A stretch of DNA of 64,000 nt from NCBI GenBank assembly GCA_031414775.1, contig JANOQI010000041.1, forward strand, positions 128,001 to 192,000, written 5' to 3'. This document shows positions 38,225 through 49,090 of the stretch, one piece after another (positions within the stretch are counted from its first letter, which is position 1; every line of letters starts with the position of its first letter). The stretch is from Synechococcales cyanobacterium VAR_4_metabat_354 (GTDB lineage Bacteria > Cyanobacteriota > Cyanobacteriia > Cyanobacteriales > Chamaesiphonaceae). Under the pieces are notes generated by a model. The model had not been told where the DNA came from. It made no database searches and saw only the letters and a list, made by a program, of their open reading frames with translations. Both the position numbers and the translations under genes were made by a program.

Positions 38225-41044
38225 ATGACTAATAAAAAACCTACGCCCGACTCCCATGCCCCTTTAACTACCGAAGATGATTTGCCCACTGGCTTTCTCA
38301 ATTTAATGGATGATATGTCAGCTTTGGATCAGTCTTTGACATCATCAGAATCTTCTAGTTTGAGTAGTATGTTACCAGCTAGCTATGTAACAACAACATT
38401 ACCAACCGGGCCGCAATCTTTCAGTCTCAAAACCAAAGCTGCAATCTTTGCGACCCTAATGGCGATCATCCCAGCCAGCTTAGTGGGTGCCTTGAGTGTT
38501 TGGCAAACTAATAGTTTCACCAACCAACAAGTCAGTAGCCGCCAACAAGAAAGAGCCGCAGCGATCGCCGATAAATTGAATCGGTTCGTTTTTGAGCGCT
38601 TTGGCGACGTCGAAATCATGGCGGCCTTACCAATTTTTACTGATACTAAATTGGTGACCACTATGGCCAGTGAAGAAAAGTCTCAGCTATTAGACAAATA
38701 CCGTGATACTTATTTGGTCTACGACAGCATGGCGGCCTTCGACTTGCAAGGAAATGTGCTGGTGCAAAGTAAAGGAGCCTCTCTGGTCAATCCGGTGAAT
38801 AGTGACTACTTTAAGCAGGTAGCAACTACTGGCAAAACTTATATGTCTAAGCCAGAAGTCGCCAAGGATACTGGCAAAACTGTGGTGTATTTTGCTACTC
38901 CTATTAAAAATGGGAGCACCGGTAAAGTGTCGGGAATTATGCGCACTAGAGCACCGATTGATCGACTAGAAGTCCCCATTAAAAACTTTGCGACTCCGAA
39001 CGAAGCCTATCACATCGTCGATAGTCGTAATAATCAATTTTTTATTAGTTCCAACAAAGACTACCTGGGAAAACCAGCTAATAAAGATCTTGAAACAGCC
39101 AAAGCCAATGGTACGGCGGAGCATATCAATAGTCAAACCAACAAGACCGAAATACTTGCTACTGCGCCTTTCGCTAAGCTACCAGGGATGCCTCAGTTAA
39201 GCTGGACGGCAGCGGCTACCGTCGATTCTAGTTTCGCTTATCAACAGCGTCAAAATATTCTGTTAGTGCTATTAATTGGAGCGGGCTTAACTTCGATCGC
39301 TGCTGCTCTCCTGGCCTCTTCTTTGACCCGTAAAGCTATTGATCCACTCTTGGAAACAACTGATGCAGTAGCCAGAATTGGTCAAGGGGACTTCAGTCAG
39401 CGGGTTAGTCAAAATCGTAATGATGAATTAGGAGAATTGGCGACCAATATCAATGCGATGACTGGTCAAATTGAAGATTTACTACTGAATCAAGCTCATG
39501 CCTTGCGCGAATCACAGCTATTAGCAAAAATTGCTCAAGCCCGCACTGAAGGACAAATAACCGAACCATTGAATGAAATCATGAAAGAGGTTCGTGCGCT
39601 ACTGCAAGCCGATCGAGTGGTAGTTTACCGGTTCTTTCCTAACTGGGGTGGGCACATCGTAGCTGAATCAGTCGGGGCTGGCCATGTTAGTGCGATGTCT
39701 GAGCGGATTGTGGATGGTTGTATTCCTCAAATTTTGCGCGATCAGTATGTCCAAGGTCGGGTGGTTTCTCATCGCAATGTGTTAGAAGCTGGTTATCACC
39801 CCGATCATGTCAAATTGTTCGATCGGCTCGGAATCAAGTCCAATTTGGTTGTTCCTATTGCTCAGGGCGATAGCCTGATTGCTTTGCTAGTAGCCCACCA
39901 CTGCCATGATTACCACGATTGGACTTTAGATGAAAGTGATTTATTGCTAAAGGTGGCTGTGAAGTTAGCCGCCCCGATGGCTGGTTTTGCGGTCGCAGAA
40001 CGTGTCAAATTTGCTGGCGATAAAGATCGAGCTGACAATGAAAACCGGCAACGGGAATTAATCCGGCTCTTGGGTGAAATTGAAGGAGCTGCTACGGGAG
40101 ATTTGACAGTTCGTTCCGAAATCAACGAAGGAGAAATCGCGATTGTGGGAGACTTTTTCAACTCTATTATTGAAAACATCCGCGATATTGTGACGACTGT
40201 GAAATCATCTACTTCTCAAGTAAGTAACTACATGGGTGAAAACGAGATTGAAATTCGCCAGTTAGCGACGGCGGCGACTGCTCAAGCCGAACAGATTAAC
40301 CTCACTCTCAAGAAGGTCGAAGCTGGTACGGTTTCGATTCGAGAAGTAGCCACTAGTGCGCAACAGGCGGCACTAGTGGCCAGCTCTGCTACCGCCACCG
40401 CTCAACAGGGCGGGCGGGCGATCGACAACACTGTCATCAACATTAACCAACTGCGCGATACCGTCGCTGAAACTGCTAAGAAGGTCAAACGATTAGGGGA
40501 GTCTTCCCAACAAATTTCTAAAGCAATTGGCCTAATTAACCAAATCGCCCTCCAAACAAACCTATTAGCGATTAACGCCAGTATTGAGGCGGCTCGGGCC
40601 GGAGAAGAAGGTCGAGGTTTTGCGGTAGTAGCCGAAGAAGTTGCTCAGTTGGCGACTCAATCAGCCACTGCCACCAAAGAAATTGAAAAAATTGTGGAAA
40701 CTATTCAACGAGAAACCAGTGAAGTAACTCAAGCGATGGAATTAAGCACCACTCAAGTAGTAGAGGGGACGAGAGCAGTCGAGCAAACCAAACTCAGCCT
40801 CCAAGAAATTATCGAACAGTCTCAACAAATCGATGCCTTCTTGCAGTCGATCGCTACTTCGGCGATTGAACAAGCCGAGTCTTCCGATGCGGTTACTCAG
40901 GTCATGACTTATGTAGCGCAAGTCTCCAACCAAACTTCCACTTCTTCAGAGCAAGTTTCTAACTCGCTACAAGCCACCGCCACTATTACTCGCGAGTTGC
41001 AGGCGATCGTCGGTAAGTTTAAAGTCAACGCTGACCATAACTAA
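38225..41044 (+). CDS. Methyl-accepting chemotaxis protein: TM-dCache-TM-HAMP-GAF(DGCIP)-MA (PixJ-like)
   Basis: [32 protein letters not shown], signalling hairpin [30 protein letters not shown]. Confidence 0.93.
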   Translation: MTNKKPTPDSHAPLTTEDDLPTGFLNLMDDMSALDQSLTSSESSSLSSMLPASYVTTTLPTGPQSFSLKTKAAIFATLMAIIPASLVGALSVWQTNSFTNQQVSSRQQERAAAIADKLNRFVFERFGDVEIMAALPIFTDTKLVTTMASEEKSQLLDKYRDTYLVYDSMAAFDLQGNVLVQSKGASLVNPVNSDYFKQVATTGKTYMSKPEVAKDTGKTVVYFATPIKNGSTGKVSGIMRTRAPIDRLEVPIKNFATPNEAYHIVDSRNNQFFISSNKDYLGKPANKDLETAKANGTAEHINSQTNKTEILATAPFAKLPGMPQLSWTAAATVDSSFAYQQRQNILLVLLIGAGLTSIAAALLASSLTRKAIDPLLETTDAVARIGQGDFSQRVSQNRNDELGELATNINAMTGQIEDLLLNQAHALRESQLLAKIAQARTEGQITEPLNEIMKEVRALLQADRVVVYRFFPNWGGHIVAESVGAGHVSAMSERIVDGCIPQILRDQYVQGRVVSHRNVLEAGYHPDHVKLFDRLGIKSNLVVPIAQGDSLIALLVAHHCHDYHDWTLDESDLLLKVAVKLAAPMAGFAVAERVKFAGDKDRADNENRQRELIRLLGEIEGAATGDLTVRSEINEGEIAIVGDFFNSIIENIRDIVTTVKSSTSQVSNYMGENEIEIRQLATAATAQAEQINLTLKKVEAGTVSIREVATSAQQAALVASSATATAQQGGRAIDNTVININQLRDTVAETAKKVKRLGESSQQISKAIGLINQIALQTNLLAINASIEAARAGEEGRGFAVVAEEVAQLATQSATATKEIEKIVETIQRETSEVTQAMELSTTQVVEGTRAVEQTKLSLQEIIEQSQQIDAFLQSIATSAIEQAESSDAVTQVMTYVAQVSNQTSTSSEQVSNSLQATATITRELQAIVGKFKVNADHN

Positions 41045-41089
41045 ATTCATCTTTGCTGCCCATCTACTAATCCTTATCCCCGACCCGAG

Positions 41090-44000
41090 ATGACTATTTC
41101 AGCTCAAGAACAACAAGTCCGCCTCCAGTTTTTGGAAGAAGCCCAAGACTATGTTGACCAGATTGAAACTGGTCTACTGGGCGTGGGTAATGGTGAAGTC
41201 AAAGGTAAGCAATTTGACGCGGTGCTACGCGCCGCCCACTCGATCAAGGGAGGCGCAGCGATGATGAGCTTTTCGACCCTGGCCAAAATTGGCCACCGGC
41301 TAGAAGATTCGATCAAAGTTCTGCGGCATGGCCACAAAACTGAAGTCGTCAATGGTCAACTAGAAAAAGATTTGTTGCTGATTATCGATCGACTGCGGCG
41401 CGTGATGGACTATAACCGTCAAGGACAGACCGTTCCCGCCGACTGGTTAACCACCGAAGTAGATCCCATTCTCGATCGCTTGTATGAGCAGCTGGGCGAA
41501 CCCCAAGCTGCCGATGAAGCGGCATTTCTGGCCGAAGACGATGGTGACGAAGACGATATTGTGGTCTATTTGTTTGAGAGCGAAGTAGAAAATGCCCTCC
41601 AACACTTAGAAGAGATTTTAAGTGATCCAGTACAGCCGCAGTTACAATCGGAATTAGAAATTACCACCGAAACCCTGAATGGTTTAGCCGAAATGCTGGA
41701 GCTGCCCGCCATGGCAGCACTATGTAACGATATTGCTCAAAAGCTCAGCCAGTACCCCGATCAATTTGTAACTATTGCCGAACTGGCCGTCGCGGCCTGG
41801 CGGCGATCGCAATCATTGGTAATGATTGGCCATCGGGATAATTTACCTACATCGATCGATCTTTTCCCTGTTGGTGAATCAATCACCATTGTTGCCCCTA
41901 TCCGCGCCGCCGAATTATCTCTCGATTGTCAGCCAGAACAGCCAGCAGCTGATCCTGTTGATTACCAGCTATTTGATAATCTAGAAATATTCAATATCCA
42001 GCCTGAGCTAGAAACGATAGTAGCTGATCTGGATAGTCCAGCGGCATTGACCAACTTTGATCAGTTAGTTGCACCACTAGTCAGCTTCGACTTTAGTATG
42101 GCTAATCGCCTATCGGTGGTGGAAAACCTATTCACGACTGATGAATTATTAGATAATAGCGACAGTAATTTCTTAGCGGATTTCTCAATCGACGATTTAG
42201 TTATATCTAGTGAGTTAAGCGATAGTGGTTCCTTCCCAGCTGCCATTAACCTAGATGAACTAGCGGTTTTTTCTCATTCTGATATGATCGATTCCTCGGA
42301 AATGTTGCCCGAGCTGACCGAGCAGCCCGTTCTGGAATGGGTCAATAATGAAGCCCCGCTTACCCAGGATTTTTTCTCGTTCATAGATACGATCGATCTC
42401 CCCGATTCAGCCCAAAACCAGCCCGACTTTTTAGCGGCACTCACCTTTGGTGATGACCAGACGCTAGAAAACTTGGCTCATGATAGTGCGGCTGCCAGAC
42501 CCCATACTTCGGTCACACCGGAAACCTATAACAATGTGCCTGCTGCCCCCGACCAGATGATTCGGGTGAGTGTGAATCAGTTGGCCATGATTGGGGATTT
42601 ATTTGGCGAGCTAAATATCAGCCGCAGTGGTCTCAACCTCCAAATTACCGGTATTCGATCGCTATTGCAAAGTCTCACCGAGAAAGTGAGTCGTTTGGAA
42701 ACAGCCAGTAGCCAACTGCGCAATGCCTATGACCAAATTGCTAGTCGGGTACCCACAACTGATGCTGATCAAGAAATCACGATTCAGAATGCACTTACTA
42801 ATGACTTTGATTTGTTAGAAATGGATCGCTATGGCGAATTTCATTCGTTATCACAAGCTGTCATTGAAACTGTCGTCCAAATTCAGGAAAAAGTTACCGA
42901 TATTGATATTCAGTTGAACGAAACTGAAACAGTGACGCGGGACATTAGCCGTACCACTCAACAAATGCAGAACAGCTTCACGGGGGTGCGGATGCTACCG
43001 TTCAATGAAGTGGTGGGACGCTTCCCCCGTGCTATTCGTGAAATGGCGATTGAGCATGGTAAACAAGTAGACTTAACTATTAAAGGCGGCGAGATCTTGG
43101 TAGAACGCAATGTCATTGAAGTTCTCAAAGACCCTTTAATGCATTTACTCCGTAACTGTTTTGACCACGGGATTGAAGCACCAGCCGATCGCATAGCAGC
43201 GGGCAAATTAGCCACTGGCAAAATTGAAATTACCGCTTTCTATCGTGGTAACCAGACTGTGATCACCATTCGGGACGATGGCCAGGGTATCAATTTAGCT
43301 AAAATCCGCGCGAAAGCGATCAAGATGGGCATTGATGAAGAAATGCTCAATGCTACCGGTGAAAAAGAATTACTGGAGTTGATCTTTGAACCGGGCTTTA
43401 GTACCGCTGAAAAAGTCACAGATCTCTCTGGTCGGGGGGTGGGGATGGATGTCGTGCGCACCAATCTCCAAGTGGCTAAGGGTGAGATTCAAATTGAGAC
43501 GAAAGCCGGTCAGGGTAGTACCTTCACTATTACCGTACCTTTCACCCTCTCGGTGATTAAGGTGCTCGTTGTCGATGTCAATAAAATGCTCTTTGCTTTG
43601 CCGGTGAATGCTGTTGAAGAAACCCTCTTACCGCACCCTGAACAAATTGTGATTCGGGACGGACAAGCTTTCTTAGACTGGGAAGAATTTCAGGTGCAGC
43701 TGATTGATATGGCTGCACATTTTAAAGCCCCCGAATTTCTGCCGCCACTAGACTTCAATACTACTCCCAAAATTGATCAACCAGCAGTATTTTTAACTGC
43801 CGATGGCGACCAACTCTATGGCTTGCAGGTCGATCGGTTTTGGAATGAGCAAGAGGTGACTGTCCGGCAGCCCCAAGGTATGATTCCTTTGCCCTCAGGT
43901 CTTTCTGGCTCCGCTATTTTAGGCGATGGACGAGTAGTTCCCCTAGTCGATCCGTTGGCTTTAGCCCGGTGGGTTACTGGCCACCGGGCTAATATCCAGA

Positions 44001-44410
44001 CGTTGGATCAAGATGATGACTTTGCTGAATCAACTTTAGAGCGTGAACAACTGGTGTTAGTCGTCGATGACTCTATTAACGTCCGCCGCTTCGTGGCTTT
44101 GACCCTAGAACGGCACGGCTACCGAGTAGAACAGGCCAAAGATGGTCAAGAGGCGATCGAAAAAATCCAGGCTGGAATCATACCCAACTTGGTAATTTGC
44201 GACTTAGAAATGCCGAGAATGGATGGCTATGGCTTTCTGGCCAATGTTAAGTCTCTAGAGAATGCTAAGCATGTGCCAGTTGTGATGCTGACCTCGCGTA
44301 GTGGCCAAAAGCACCAGAAGATTGCGATGAATCTGGGGGCAGCGGCCTACTATGCCAAGCCTTTTAATGAAGCTGATATGCTAAGTACTATTAGTGAATT
44401 GATTATCTAG
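41090..44410 (+). CDS. cheA: CheA-type hybrid histidine kinase (Hpt-HATPase-CheW-REC; PixL-like)
   Basis: AAHSIKG, HLLRNCFDHG, DDGQG, FEPGFST, GRGVGMDVV, CheW domain, C-terminal REC. Confidence 0.94.
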   Translation: MTISAQEQQVRLQFLEEAQDYVDQIETGLLGVGNGEVKGKQFDAVLRAAHSIKGGAAMMSFSTLAKIGHRLEDSIKVLRHGHKTEVVNGQLEKDLLLIIDRLRRVMDYNRQGQTVPADWLTTEVDPILDRLYEQLGEPQAADEAAFLAEDDGDEDDIVVYLFESEVENALQHLEEILSDPVQPQLQSELEITTETLNGLAEMLELPAMAALCNDIAQKLSQYPDQFVTIAELAVAAWRRSQSLVMIGHRDNLPTSIDLFPVGESITIVAPIRAAELSLDCQPEQPAADPVDYQLFDNLEIFNIQPELETIVADLDSPAALTNFDQLVAPLVSFDFSMANRLSVVENLFTTDELLDNSDSNFLADFSIDDLVISSELSDSGSFPAAINLDELAVFSHSDMIDSSEMLPELTEQPVLEWVNNEAPLTQDFFSFIDTIDLPDSAQNQPDFLAALTFGDDQTLENLAHDSAAARPHTSVTPETYNNVPAAPDQMIRVSVNQLAMIGDLFGELNISRSGLNLQITGIRSLLQSLTEKVSRLETASSQLRNAYDQIASRVPTTDADQEITIQNALTNDFDLLEMDRYGEFHSLSQAVIETVVQIQEKVTDIDIQLNETETVTRDISRTTQQMQNSFTGVRMLPFNEVVGRFPRAIREMAIEHGKQVDLTIKGGEILVERNVIEVLKDPLMHLLRNCFDHGIEAPADRIAAGKLATGKIEITAFYRGNQTVITIRDDGQGINLAKIRAKAIKMGIDEEMLNATGEKELLELIFEPGFSTAEKVTDLSGRGVGMDVVRTNLQVAKGEIQIETKAGQGSTFTITVPFTLSVIKVLVVDVNKMLFALPVNAVEETLLPHPEQIVIRDGQAFLDWEEFQVQLIDMAAHFKAPEFLPPLDFNTTPKIDQPAVFLTADGDQLYGLQVDRFWNEQEVTVRQPQGMIPLPSGLSGSAILGDGRVVPLVDPLALARWVTGHRANIQTLDQDDDFAESTLEREQLVLVVDDSINVRRFVALTLERHGYRVEQAKDGQEAIEKIQAGIIPNLVICDLEMPRMDGYGFLANVKSLENAKHVPVVMLTSRSGQKHQKIAMNLGAAAYYAKPFNEADMLSTISELII

Positions 44411-44418
44411 GATGTTAT

Positions 44419-45705
44419 CTAGAGAGTTTGTCGATCAATCGGGGTGCTGGCACAGCTATCGGGCACTGGGATTGCTACTGGCTCCATTTTCTCACTGCCT
44501 GGTGTTGCATGGCCTTCCCAATAGCTGAGAAAGATCGCGGTAGAACTATTGCCCACCACATTTAGCACTGTTTTGAAACCATCAGTCAATCGATCGATCC
44601 CGGCCACCAGGGCAATCCCCTCGACTGGTAACCCCGCTGCTGTTAGGACTGTCGCCATGGTAATGAGCGCTGAACCAGGAATTCCGGGCGTACTGAAAGA
44701 CACCAACAAACTACTAATGCCGATCGATAATAGTAGGTAGGGAGTGATGGGTACATGATAAACCTGAGCAATAAATAGGGCATTAAAGCTCTGTAAAACA
44801 GCCGAGCCATCACGCTTAATAGCAGTGCCTAGCGGAATTGCAAAGCTATTAATTTCCTCACGCAAGCCATAGTCTTCCTGGAGATTTTTCAAAAGGACTG
44901 GCAACACTGCGTTAGAACTAGCAGTCCCGAAAGCGAGAGAAAGACTGGGCAAGATATTTTTTAAAAGCTGCAATGGCTGTGCTCGAAAGCAAAAGAGCAC
45001 CAGAAGATAAAACCCAATCATGAGCATGGAAGAAATCAGTAAACCCAAGACATAAAACAATAGCCTGGAAATTAATTCTAAACCTTGGCTAGCAATCACT
45101 GAGCTAATCAAGGCAAATACGCCAACTGGCGCTGTATACAAAATTACAGCTAAGATTTGCTCGCCAATCTCATAAATACTCTCAATGAGAGCCACAAAAG
45201 GCCGAGACTTGACCGGAGTCAGCTGAATTCCAATACTGAATAAGGCTGCGGATAAAATAATTTGAATCAAATTGCCGCTACTAAGAGCAGCCATGGGATT
45301 CACTGGAATTAATGTTACTAACCAATGTAACAAGTCGGGAGTAGCATCGCTACTCACTGCCGCTGGCATGACAAAACCCTCTACCCCAGCACCAGGTTGT
45401 AGCAGCAAAGCCATCCCCATGCCAAAACCAAGCGCCACCAAACCTGTTACTACATAAATAGTCAGGAGCTTAAGGACATAGCGCCCCGCCTTATCAGCGC
45501 TCTGCATCCCAGTTAAACCCAAAACTAACGAAGAAAAGACGATCGGTACTACTGCAAATTGAATTAAGCGCAGGAAGGCATCTCCGATCGGACCCAGTAA
45601 ATATTGATCCAGTGGTCCTACCGCTCCTGGAAATAGAGTGGCGAGGATGGTGCCAAAGACACTCCCCAAGCCCAAGGACACTAGGATTGCAGTAGAGAGA
45701 TTCAT
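44419..45705 (-). CDS. Dicarboxylate/amino acid:cation symporter (DAACS)
   Basis: FGTASSNAVLP, IPLGTAIKRDG, GIPG, GIDR..D..KT..NVVG. Confidence 0.9.
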   Translation of the reverse strand: MNLSTAILVSLGLGSVFGTILATLFPGAVGPLDQYLLGPIGDAFLRLIQFAVVPIVFSSLVLGLTGMQSADKAGRYVLKLLTIYVVTGLVALGFGMGMALLLQPGAGVEGFVMPAAVSSDATPDLLHWLVTLIPVNPMAALSSGNLIQIILSAALFSIGIQLTPVKSRPFVALIESIYEIGEQILAVILYTAPVGVFALISSVIASQGLELISRLLFYVLGLLISSMLMIGFYLLVLFCFRAQPLQLLKNILPSLSLAFGTASSNAVLPVLLKNLQEDYGLREEINSFAIPLGTAIKRDGSAVLQSFNALFIAQVYHVPITPYLLLSIGISSLLVSFSTPGIPGSALITMATVLTAAGLPVEGIALVAGIDRLTDGFKTVLNVVGNSSTAIFLSYWEGHATPGSEKMEPVAIPVPDSCASTPIDRQTL

Positions 45706-45763
45706 AAATTTAGAATAAATAATTTTTCAAAAGCTAACCAGCGACTACTGGACGCATGACATC

Positions 45764-45799
45764 AAAAAAGCCCTTATCGATAATTGTCAGGGCTTTTTT
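45764..45799 (-). terminator. Intrinsic terminator after the Gpx gene (symmetric A6/T6)
   Basis: AAAAAAGCCCT-14 nt-AGGGCTTTTTT, ~10 bp past the stop. Confidence 0.75.
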
Positions 45800-45808
45800 A
45801 TTTCAGTC

Positions 45809-46291
45809 TTACAGCAATGCTTGAATATCTTTGGCAATATCTTCGGGCTTATCGGTAGGCGCGTAGCGTTTTACTACTTCGCCCTGCTGATTAACCAAAA
45901 ACTTGGTGAAGTTCCATTTGATATTTTTGGAACCCAACAATCCTGGCTTGGCCGCTGTCAAGTACTGATAAAGCGGATGGGCGTTAGCACCATTGACTTC
46001 AATTTTTTGCGAGAGGGGAAAACTCACTCCATAGCGAGTTTGACAAAAAGATTGAATTTCCGCCGCACTGCCTGGCTCCTGGTTACCAAACTGATCGCAA
46101 GGAAAACCAAAAACAACTAAGCCTCGCTCAGCATACTTGTTGTGTAATTCTTGTAAACCTTCGTACTGAGGAGTCATGCCACACTGACTAGCGGTGTTGA
46201 CGATTAGCATCACCTTGTTTTTAAAGTCGCTAAAGTTGACTGATTGACCCTCAATACTGGTAGTAGAAAAGTCGTAGATACTGGCTGTCAT
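45809..46291 (-). CDS. gpx: Glutathione peroxidase family (Cys type)
   Basis: NTASQCG, GFPCDQFGNQEPG, IKWNFTKFL. Confidence 0.95.
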   Translation of the reverse strand: MTASIYDFSTTSIEGQSVNFSDFKNKVMLIVNTASQCGMTPQYEGLQELHNKYAERGLVVFGFPCDQFGNQEPGSAAEIQSFCQTRYGVSFPLSQKIEVNGANAHPLYQYLTAAKPGLLGSKNIKWNFTKFLVNQQGEVVKRYAPTDKPEDIAKDIQALL

Positions 46292-46353
46292 CTTAGAATA
46301 CTCTATGTAAAGATTTGTTCCTCATTATAGAGAAACATGATCCCCACTGGTAG

Positions 46354-48168
46354 CTAAGAATCCTTATCTAGTTTCAGCACTGCCATAAATGCTTCTTGGG
46401 GGACGTCCACAGTGCCTACCGATTTCATCCGTTTTTTGCCCTTGGCTTGTTTTTGGAGCAATTTCTTTTTCCGAGAAATGTCACCGCCGTAGCACTTGGC
46501 CAGTACATCTTTGCGCAGCGCCGGAATGTGCTCACTGGCAATTACTTTGCTGCCGATTGTGGCCTGAATGGGTACTTTAAATTGGTGGCGGGGAATCAGC
46601 TCTTTTAATTTTTCGGTCATGCCCCGCCCCACGTTGTAGGCTTTATCGCGATGTACAATCATGGCCAGGGCATCCACTGGGTCGCCGTTGATCATGATGT
46701 CCAGTTTTACTAAATGATTCTCACGGTAGCCAATTAGCTGGTATTCCATACTGGCATAGCCTTTTGTCCGCGACTTCATCTGATCGAAAAAGTCGGTGAC
46801 TACTTCGGCTAGTGGCAACTCATAAATAATGGTGGTGCGGCCTTTAGTCAGATATTTCATATCCTTAAAAACGCCCCGCCGATTCTGACACAGCTCCATC
46901 AGCGTCCCCACATATTCTTCGGGGGTAATCATTTCCATCTTGACGTATGGTTCCTCGATCATCTGGCGATGGTTGGGGTCGGGCAGTTTACTCGGGTTGT
47001 CGATGTGTTCTACTTCACCTTGATTATTTGTGACCCGATAGACTACCGAAGGAGCGGTGGTAATGAGGTCTAGGTTATATTCTCGCTCTAATCGCTCTTG
47101 AACAATTTCCATATGCAGCAAGCCCAGGAAACCACACCGAAAGCCAAAGCCCATGGCGCTAGATGTTTCTGGCTCATAGTTTAGTGCCGCATCGTTTAGC
47201 CGCAGCTTGTCTAGTGCTTCGCGCAAGTCTGGGTATTGATCGGCATCCACCGGAAATAGACCACAAAAAACCATCGGCTTGGCTTCGGCATAGCCATCTA
47301 AAGCCTGGGTTGCTGGTCGGTTAACCATGGTGATGGTGTCACCAACGCGGGCATCGCCGACGGCTCTGATCGAAGCGGCAAAATAACCCACCTCTCCGGC
47401 ATGTAATTCATCGACCTGAATCTGAGTCGGAGCCAAAATACCGAGTTCATCAATCTGATATTCCTTGCCACTGGCCATCAGCAGTATTTTGTCTCCTTTG
47501 CTGATGCTGCCATCCACGACTCGGAAGTAGACTACTACTCCCCGATAAGTGTCGTAATAACTATCAAAAATTAAGGCTCGTAACGGCTCACTAACGGTAT
47601 CGATCGGAGGCGGAATCAACTGGACGATCGATTCCAAAATGTCCTGAATACCAATACCTTCTTTCGCTGAAGCTAAGATCGCTCCACTACAGTCTAGGCC
47701 AATGATTTCCTCGACTTCTGCCCGGACTCGCTCCGGCTCGGCTCCGGGCAAATCAATTTTGTTTAAGATGGGGATGATTTCTAGGTTGTTTTCCAACGCC
47801 AAGTAGACATTGGCCAAGGTCTGAGCTTCTACCCCTTGGGAAGCATCCACAATCAACAACGCCCCTTCGCAAGCGATCAAGCTCCGCGACACTTCATAAG
47901 AAAAATCGACATGCCCAGGAGTATCGATTAAGTTCAATACATACTCTTCGCCGTTCTTGGCAGTGTAATTCATCCGGGCAGCTTGGAGCTTAATGGTAAT
48001 CCCCCGCTCTCGTTCCAGATCCATATTATCGAGAAACTGTTGCTTCATATCCCGATTACTGACCGTACCGGTTTCTTGCAGCAATCGATCGGCCAGCGTA
48101 GATTTCCCGTGATCGATATGGGCAATAATCGAAAAATTCCGAATCTGACTGACAGGAGTTTTGGTCAT
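46354..48168 (-). CDS. lepA: Translation elongation factor 4
   Basis: [52 protein letters not shown] at 48168. Confidence 0.98.
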   Translation of the reverse strand: MTKTPVSQIRNFSIIAHIDHGKSTLADRLLQETGTVSNRDMKQQFLDNMDLERERGITIKLQAARMNYTAKNGEEYVLNLIDTPGHVDFSYEVSRSLIACEGALLIVDASQGVEAQTLANVYLALENNLEIIPILNKIDLPGAEPERVRAEVEEIIGLDCSGAILASAKEGIGIQDILESIVQLIPPPIDTVSEPLRALIFDSYYDTYRGVVVYFRVVDGSISKGDKILLMASGKEYQIDELGILAPTQIQVDELHAGEVGYFAASIRAVGDARVGDTITMVNRPATQALDGYAEAKPMVFCGLFPVDADQYPDLREALDKLRLNDAALNYEPETSSAMGFGFRCGFLGLLHMEIVQERLEREYNLDLITTAPSVVYRVTNNQGEVEHIDNPSKLPDPNHRQMIEEPYVKMEMITPEEYVGTLMELCQNRRGVFKDMKYLTKGRTTIIYELPLAEVVTDFFDQMKSRTKGYASMEYQLIGYRENHLVKLDIMINGDPVDALAMIVHRDKAYNVGRGMTEKLKELIPRHQFKVPIQATIGSKVIASEHIPALRKDVLAKCYGGDISRKKKLLQKQAKGKKRMKSVGTVDVPQEAFMAVLKLDKDS

Positions 48169-48230
48169 GGGCTGGCGCTGAAATTTTGGTCTCACCCTAA
48201 TTGTAGCGGCTTAGTCTGAATTCGAGAATG

Positions 48231-48260
48231 AAAAAGCCCTGGTTTGCTGCAACCAGGGCT
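48231..48260 (-). terminator. Intrinsic terminator after the DUF4149-like gene
   Basis: Perfect 10-bp stem AGCCCTGGTT/AACCAGGGCT with a U-run on the minus strand. Confidence 0.75.
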
Positions 48261-48297
48261 GGTAGATATTTTAATTTATTGGTAACAGCAAGATGTT

Positions 48298-48864
48298 TTA
48301 ATTGAATTTGGCGGATACCAATTGGCGGTAGACCAATCCTAGAACAGTGCCCATTAGGGTGATTTTCAATGCTTCTAAGCCCCAATAAATCACATGTATT
48401 TGATTCATGCCAGCTGGTACCTGGGAAATAGTGCTATACATCTGGAGGTCTTCCAGACCGCCATTAACCAAGGAAGCACTGTCTAAGACATTCAAATCGA
48501 CACTAAGCCCACTCATGTGGGGAGTGAGGACAAACGTGTAACAAAGAGCGATCACAAGCAAGACAGTACTAGAAATGCCTACTTCCAGCTTTTGTTTTTG
48601 ATCAAGTATGGTGGATTGCCACAGCCACAGACCCAAGCACAGAGTGGCGGCTCCGCAAATTAGTTCGATCCGATTAAAAACTGAAAACAAGGTATAGCCA
48701 ACTATTCCAAAACCAGAGCTGGTCATCATGCCACTCATATACATGCTGGGCATAATGATAAAGTCTAACAAGAGGCTGGCGCTGAGCCAAAACCCTACTA
48801 CCGCAGTTGCCACAGCCAGCCAAGTTTGATGATTATTGCTTTTGGCTATACAAATATTAGCCAT
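48298..48864 (-). CDS. Conserved 4-TM membrane protein (DUF4149-like)
   Basis: GFWLSASLLLDFIIMP, FNRIEL, LTPHM, MNQIH..YWGLEALK; ATG at 48864 preferred. Confidence 0.7.
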   Translation of the reverse strand: MANICIAKSNNHQTWLAVATAVVGFWLSASLLLDFIIMPSMYMSGMMTSSGFGIVGYTLFSVFNRIELICGAATLCLGLWLWQSTILDQKQKLEVGISSTVLLVIALCYTFVLTPHMSGLSVDLNVLDSASLVNGGLEDLQMYSTISQVPAGMNQIHVIYWGLEALKITLMGTVLGLVYRQLVSAKFN

Positions 48865-49090
48865 AGGTGCTACTCCTTGTAGACTGAAAATGTAATCAGT
48901 CGATAGTTGATGTTCTATTTCGATATTTCTACAATAACCAATTTGTGAGCAACTGAATGCTAACTTTTGAGTCATAGTATGTGAAGCAATATTTACATAT
49001 CGATGATTTTGCCACAATTTTCTCTGAGAGTTAATGTTAGCTTTCTTTACTTCCAGCAGCACCGCCGGTATGAAAAATCAGGTATAGAGT

